Assembly (NCBI GenBank): GCA_026417135.1
Contig: JAOADV010000012.1
Span: 1,119 to 65,118 of the forward strand
From: Ignavibacteria bacterium
GTDB lineage: Bacteria > Bacteroidota > Ignavibacteria > Kapaibacteriales > UBA2268
DNA: 64,000 bases
Direction: 5' to 3'
The position numbers and the translations under genes are program-made. This document shows positions 59,562 to 64,000 of the stretch, piece after piece. The notes beneath the pieces were generated by a model. The model saw only the letters and a program-made list of their open reading frames with translations, was not told the origin of the DNA and did no database searches. The stretch's first letter is position 1, and every line of letters begins with the position of its first letter.

Positions 59562-61691
59562 TATCGAGACAAAGAGCAGTGGGAAAGAATTCCAAATTAA
59601 TATTTCCTTTCTCTTTGTTGTAACTCTTTCGTCCAGCTTTATGTTGTTTAATTCATCTTTCAATCTTTTCGTTTCGTTCCAATAAAAAAACATTCCGTTT
59701 GTCGACCGAGATAGATATCGCAAAAGCTCGAACTTCGAGCGGAAGTCGGCAAATTCCAAGTTGCTTTTTTCGACTATAAATTTACCGCTTGCATCTCCAA
59801 TTTTATTATTCCCAACGAAAACTTCGCCCAAATAAGTATAGTCGCCTTCGGCAAGTACTCCTAACTGTGAAGTATATAGTCCGCTACCAACTTGTTGTAA
59901 AATTGTTTCAAATTGTTGTTCACCTTTGGCGATTTTAACTTTAACAAGAGCATTATCGATAGGTGAAAATGCAGCGTCGAAAATTTGGGCATTGAAAACA
60001 ACATTTTCGGTTCTATTGTATCTGGTTTTGCTCGGCTTAATTTTGATTCTGGTAAACTCTTCGGTCGTAGAAAGCCATTTAAAAATGTTGGAAATCAAAA
60101 TACTTCCGTAGTCTTCTTCTTTAGTTTTATTTTCAAGCAGTTGTTTTAATGAAAAACCGAGCAAACGCCAACGATATAAGCCATAACCTAAAAAAGCCAC
60201 ACTTTTACGATTTTGGAAATTGCTTGCAATCAAAAATGGTTCTTTTAATTCAACATCATTGACTTTAACGGTTGCAAGCACCTCGCTTTCGGGTTTTGGT
60301 TTGACAAAAAGTTCAGTTCGAAAAATTGGGGGTAATTGATTTAGAATTTTTATATTTTCTGCTCCACTTTCTACGTTGAGTATTGGATGTCCAACATAAG
60401 CTGGATTAAAAAACCCGAAAAAAGTAAATTCTCGTGGGTTATTCGATACAACGTTAAAAGGTAAGATATCCTCGTATGGTTTCAATTTTTTGTAATCCAC
60501 ATTAAGATTTGGGATAAAGAGAATTGATTTACCGCGTAAAGACTCTTCGCGAACCCAGTCCAATAAATAAGTTGGCGAAGAAGCAATTGGAAATCCAACT
60601 AATACAAAAATTTCGGCGGTTTCGAATTCTTTTCGGCTCGGTCGTGGCTCGTAGAATTCTTCGCCATATTTTTGTATATAAGAAACAACTTCGGTACCTT
60701 CGTCGCTACTAATTATCGATTTTATGTAGGGAATGTCGGGATTAGGATAACCAGAAAGAATTATATATTTTCGTTTGCTTTTAAGTATTTTAACCATCTG
60801 GGTTTGGGAGTTGTTTTCGTATGTAAATTCTTGTGGGAGATTTTCCGCTCGAACGGTTATCTTTTTAAAACCTTCAGTTTTAGGTGTATATTCGAATACA
60901 ACTGCGTAGTCTTCGAGCTGATTAGTCAATTCGATAATCTTTTGGTCCAGTAAAGATTGCTCCTCGTAAAGCATTAATTTCAACGAAGTCTTATCGAATT
61001 GATGCGATTTAATCGATACTTTAATTGGTTGAGTTTTGCCGACAAAACCAATTTCGCTTGTTATAATGTTCGAAATTAAAATATCCTTTGGCGGAACTGT
61101 ATCTCCTATTCCAATTGTATATATAGGTATCCCAATTTTTTCTGCAGAGTAGATGGGGTTTTCGCCAGAGTTATAAATTCCATCGGAAAATAATATAATC
61201 CCTTGAATATTTTCCTCTTGCTTAATGTATTGAATCCTTTGCAAAGGAAGGGAAATATTGGTTTCTTCTCCTTCGAAACGAAGCGAATCGAAATAGAAAT
61301 CTTGGAATGGGTATGTTCGTGTATCGAAACCCCAGAATTCTATTGGATACTTTTTGAAGTCACCTAAACCAGATACATTGTATGCCAAAGTCGTTTGTTG
61401 TTTTTTGTCGATATTTTCCCACTTCATTCTCATTGAGCTTGAATTATCGAAAAGGACAAGAATTTTAGGTTTTTCCAGATTGCTTTGGACGATGGTAGCG
61501 ATTGGTTCTGCTAAAAAAAAGAAAAGAAAGAAAAGGGCTAAGAACCGAAGAGTCCCAAGTAATATTCTGTTCTTTCGTTCTAATTGTGGATTCAATCGAC
61601 GATAATAGAAGTATGTTCCTATTAGTGAAAATAAAGTCAATACGATAAATATTGTAATAGGTATATTAAACCCAAAAATAATTTTGTTCAT
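59511..61691 (-). CDS. VWA-domain membrane protein
   Basis: Two N-terminal TM helices, DNSSS MIDAS, SDG and IGIGD motifs, Ig-like segments, C-terminal TM and EWFIRR..GL. Confidence 0.8.
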   Translation of the reverse strand: MNKIIFGFNIPITIFIVLTLFSLIGTYFYYRRLNPQLERKNRILLGTLRFLALFFLFFFLAEPIATIVQSNLEKPKILVLFDNSSSMRMKWENIDKKQQTTLAYNVSGLGDFKKYPIEFWGFDTRTYPFQDFYFDSLRFEGEETNISLPLQRIQYIKQEENIQGIILFSDGIYNSGENPIYSAEKIGIPIYTIGIGDTVPPKDILISNIITSEIGFVGKTQPIKVSIKSHQFDKTSLKLMLYEEQSLLDQKIIELTNQLEDYAVVFEYTPKTEGFKKITVRAENLPQEFTYENNSQTQMVKILKSKRKYIILSGYPNPDIPYIKSIISSDEGTEVVSYIQKYGEEFYEPRPSRKEFETAEIFVLVGFPIASSPTYLLDWVREESLRGKSILFIPNLNVDYKKLKPYEDILPFNVVSNNPREFTFFGFFNPAYVGHPILNVESGAENIKILNQLPPIFRTELFVKPKPESEVLATVKVNDVELKEPFLIASNFQNRKSVAFLGYGLYRWRLLGFSLKQLLENKTKEEDYGSILISNIFKWLSTTEEFTRIKIKPSKTRYNRTENVVFNAQIFDAAFSPIDNALVKVKIAKGEQQFETILQQVGSGLYTSQLGVLAEGDYTYLGEVFVGNNKIGDASGKFIVEKSNLEFADFRSKFELLRYLSRSTNGMFFYWNETKRLKDELNNIKLDERVTTKRKEILIWNSFPLLFVSILLFAIEWFIRRQKGLL

Positions 61692-61840
61692 TCGCCACGA
61701 TAAAAAAACTAAAAACGAAAAAAAAGAGTAATAGTTGTTATGAATCTACAACGAAAGATTAATTAATAGGTAAATTTAAACTTTACCCTTTGTGTAAGCA
61801 AAAGAAATTTGAGTTAAAATGCGTGGTATTGGCTTTTAAA

Positions 61841-62578
61841 TTATTTGGAGGCAAAGCCCCCAGCCCCGATGTGAAGTCTAATCGAAAAGCCGTCCAAAGA
61901 AGTTTTGGGAAAGTTGCTTATTTTTTTTTCGTAAACTACCCAATTACTTTTAATTGCACTCAAAGTGTAACCTAAGCGGATACCTATAATGAAACTTCCG
62001 ACTCCACTTTTTTCATTTGCCTTATCAAGTTTTAGCAGATAATCGAAACCAAGTGCGAAATTTAGCATAAACGCACCCATAGATAATTCTGTCCCAGTCC
62101 TTGGATTTTTAATAAGCTCTTCGAAATTGCTCTTTGGGTTCATATCCTGAATTTCTAACGACATACCGCCGCCGCCAATCCCAAGCAAAGGATATAATTT
62201 AACTGAATTGGTCGAAACAAGGGTATAACCAAGATTGAAAAACCCATAACCAATGGAAACGTTGGTAGAGTAATTCGGGTTTTCAGTGTTTTCTTGCAAA
62301 AGTCCGTGACCTTCGCCGCCGATAATTAGATTCCCGATATAGGCTTGACCACCTCCACCCAAAGAAATGAACCTACTTGAGAATTTAGAAAAACCTTCGG
62401 CAGAAAGTCTATTGTTAAGATTATCGAGATTAATAAAATTTGCTCCAATTGCGAAAAAACCAGCGCCACCGCCATCGCCGTTTTTTTCCCTTTCTTTCTC
62501 TTTGGACAAAATGCTGGTGCAAGGTATTGCGAAAATGAAAATAACAACAAACAAAATTTGAAGACTTTTACTTACCAT
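61841..62578 (-). CDS. Exported hypothetical protein, probable outer-membrane beta-barrel
   Basis: Signal peptide; Gly/aromatic alternating strands (GYGFFNLGY, YPLLGIGGG, GIRLGY). Confidence 0.65.
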   Translation of the reverse strand: MVSKSLQILFVVIFIFAIPCTSILSKEKEREKNGDGGGAGFFAIGANFINLDNLNNRLSAEGFSKFSSRFISLGGGGQAYIGNLIIGGEGHGLLQENTENPNYSTNVSIGYGFFNLGYTLVSTNSVKLYPLLGIGGGGMSLEIQDMNPKSNFEELIKNPRTGTELSMGAFMLNFALGFDYLLKLDKANEKSGVGSFIIGIRLGYTLSAIKSNWVVYEKKISNFPKTSLDGFSIRLHIGAGGFASK

Positions 62579-62594
62579 AAATCACCAAAAAAAA

Positions 62595-62602
62595 CAAAAT
62601 TA
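62595..62602 (-). promoter_or_regulatory. -7 promoter element (TAATTTTG)
   Basis: Matches TAnnTTTG, 16 nt upstream of ATG 62578. Confidence 0.5.
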
Positions 62603-62742
62603 GGATTTTTTGAAAATGTTTCTGTTAGATTTGCATTAATTTTTATTTTTTCCTAAAAAGTGTAACAAATATGTTATTGTAGATGGATTTTGAACTATTG
62701 ATGCAAATTTTTTTAGTTTTAGTTCAAAACCAATAATTTTTT

Positions 62743-62750
62743 TAATTTTG
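62743..62750 (+). promoter_or_regulatory. -7 promoter element (TAATTTTG) for lpxC-fabZ
   Basis: Matches TAnnTTTG, 24 nt before ATG 62775. Confidence 0.5.
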
Positions 62751-62774
62751 TAAATTTTTAGAGCAAATTTACCT

Positions 62775-64000
62775 ATGCCCGAGAAACAAAGAACTATAAG
62801 AAAACCTATTAGTCTTGTTGGTGTAGGTATTCATTCAGGCGAAGAAACGACAATTACATTTAACCCTGCCCCGGAAAACTATGGTTATCGGTTTGTCCGT
62901 GTCGATTTACCGGAACCGGTCGAAATACCCGCTCTTGTTGATTATGTTGTTGACCTTTCCAGAGGAACAACACTCGGAGTTGACGATGTTAGGGTTTTGA
63001 CTGTGGAGCACGTACTCGCCGCTCTCGTTGGAATGCGAGTGGACAACTGCAGAATTGAACTAAATGGTAAAGAGCCGCCAGTTATCGATGGGAGTGCATT
63101 ACCTTATGCCGAAAAGTTATTGGAGGCTGGAATAGTCGAGCAGAATGCCGACCGTGATTACTTTGTAATCGACGAAACTATACGATATACAAACGAAGAA
63201 AAGGGCGTAGATATAGTTGCTTTGCCTACCGATGACTATAGAATTACTGTGATGATTGATTATAACATACCTACACTCGGGAGCCAGCATACTGGGGTTT
63301 TCAACTTGGAAAAAGAATTTCTCACTGAATTTGCACCAGCAAGAACTTTTTGTTTTTTGACCGAAGTCGAGGAGTTATATCGGCAAGGTTTAATCAAAGG
63401 GGGTAATCTTGAAAATGCAATTGTGATTATCGATAAAGAGTTGGACCAAGAGTATCTAAAATATTTACAAAAGTTATTTAGGATTGAATATCTTCCAGAA
63501 GCCCAAAATGGAATTCTCAACGGGACTTCCCTACGCTTTAAAAATGAACCAGTTCGACACAAACTTCTCGATATGCTTGGGGATTTAGCTTTAATTGGAG
63601 TTCCTATCAAAGCTCAAATACTTGCTGCTCGCCCAGGTCACGCAAGCAACATCGAGTTTGCGAAGAAAATTCGCAATCTTTACCTAAAAAAACTGCCCTT
63701 TTTGAAGCTGAAAGGGAAAAAGGGAAAAGATGCTTTGATGAGCATTTATAGCTTGCTTAAAATAATGCCCCATCGATATCCCTTTCTCCTTGTCGATAAA
63801 ATATTGAATATTGACGCAGAAACTAACACAATCATAGGCGTTAAAAACGTAACTATAAACGAACCTTTTTTTATGGGTCATTTCCCAGAAAAACCCGTTA
63901 TGCCCGGGGTCCTGCTTGTCGAAGCTATGGCACAAACAGGTGGGCTTTTGTTGTTGAGCAGTGTCGATGCAGCAAACAAGTTGCTTCTTTTTATGGGAAT
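62775..64000 (+). CDS. lpxC: Bifunctional LpxC/FabZ (runs off window; absent from ORF track)
   Basis: Own translation: [36 protein letters not shown] and [10 protein letters not shown], then Fab[11 protein letters not shown] and GHFP..PVMPGVL.VEAMAQ. Confidence 0.95.
   Translation, partial: MPEKQRTIRKPISLVGVGIHSGEETTITFNPAPENYGYRFVRVDLPEPVEIPALVDYVVDLSRGTTLGVDDVRVLTVEHVLAALVGMRVDNCRIELNGKEPPVIDGSALPYAEKLLEAGIVEQNADRDYFVIDETIRYTNEEKGVDIVALPTDDYRITVMIDYNIPTLGSQHTGVFNLEKEFLTEFAPARTFCFLTEVEELYRQGLIKGGNLENAIVIIDKELDQEYLKYLQKLFRIEYLPEAQNGILNGTSLRFKNEPVRHKLLDMLGDLALIGVPIKAQILAARPGHASNIEFAKKIRNLYLKKLPFLKLKGKKGKDALMSIYSLLKIMPHRYPFLLVDKILNIDAETNTIIGVKNVTINEPFFMGHFPEKPVMPGVLLVEAMAQTGGLLLLSSVDAANKLLLFMG

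Noticed and set aside
63260-63935. Minus-strand ORFs of 116 and 83 aa
   Set aside because: Antisense shadows of lpxC-fabZ, which the ORF track missed because it lacks a stop in the window.

Overview
AT-rich (about 35% GC by eye), gene-dense chromosomal window from an FCB-group bacterium, most consistent with Ignavibacteria or Ca. Kapabacteria. The assignment is inferred from a fused LpxC-FabZ, a split atpDC pair, a MoxR-DUF58-BatA cluster, three T9SS C-terminal-domain proteins, a GWxTD protein and many TAnnTTTG promoter elements. Content is mostly housekeeping and envelope genes: korAB, queC, accC, panB, fused 2-oxoacid dehydrogenase E1, atpDC, frameshifted prfB, pth, folD, dnaE, trxB, lpxL, lptE and lpxC-fabZ. 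I saw no rRNA, tRNA, CRISPR array, prophage or transposase. Best leads: (1) strong TCGA enrichment with apparent absence of its anagram GATC; (2) an operon of a Rieske lipoprotein, a b561-like membrane protein and YceI; (3) a lipid/glycan neighbourhood with an unassigned radical SAM enzyme between GT2 and GT4 genes, plus a Pho-like direct repeat; (4) a 14-Cys secreted protein paired with an orphan T9SS cargo; (5) two copies of a three-hairpin REP-like element; (6) a ceramide-synthase-like GNAT, a solo HicB-like gene and an unannotated MetS-like micropeptide. All family calls come from motif recognition by eye; no database searches were run.
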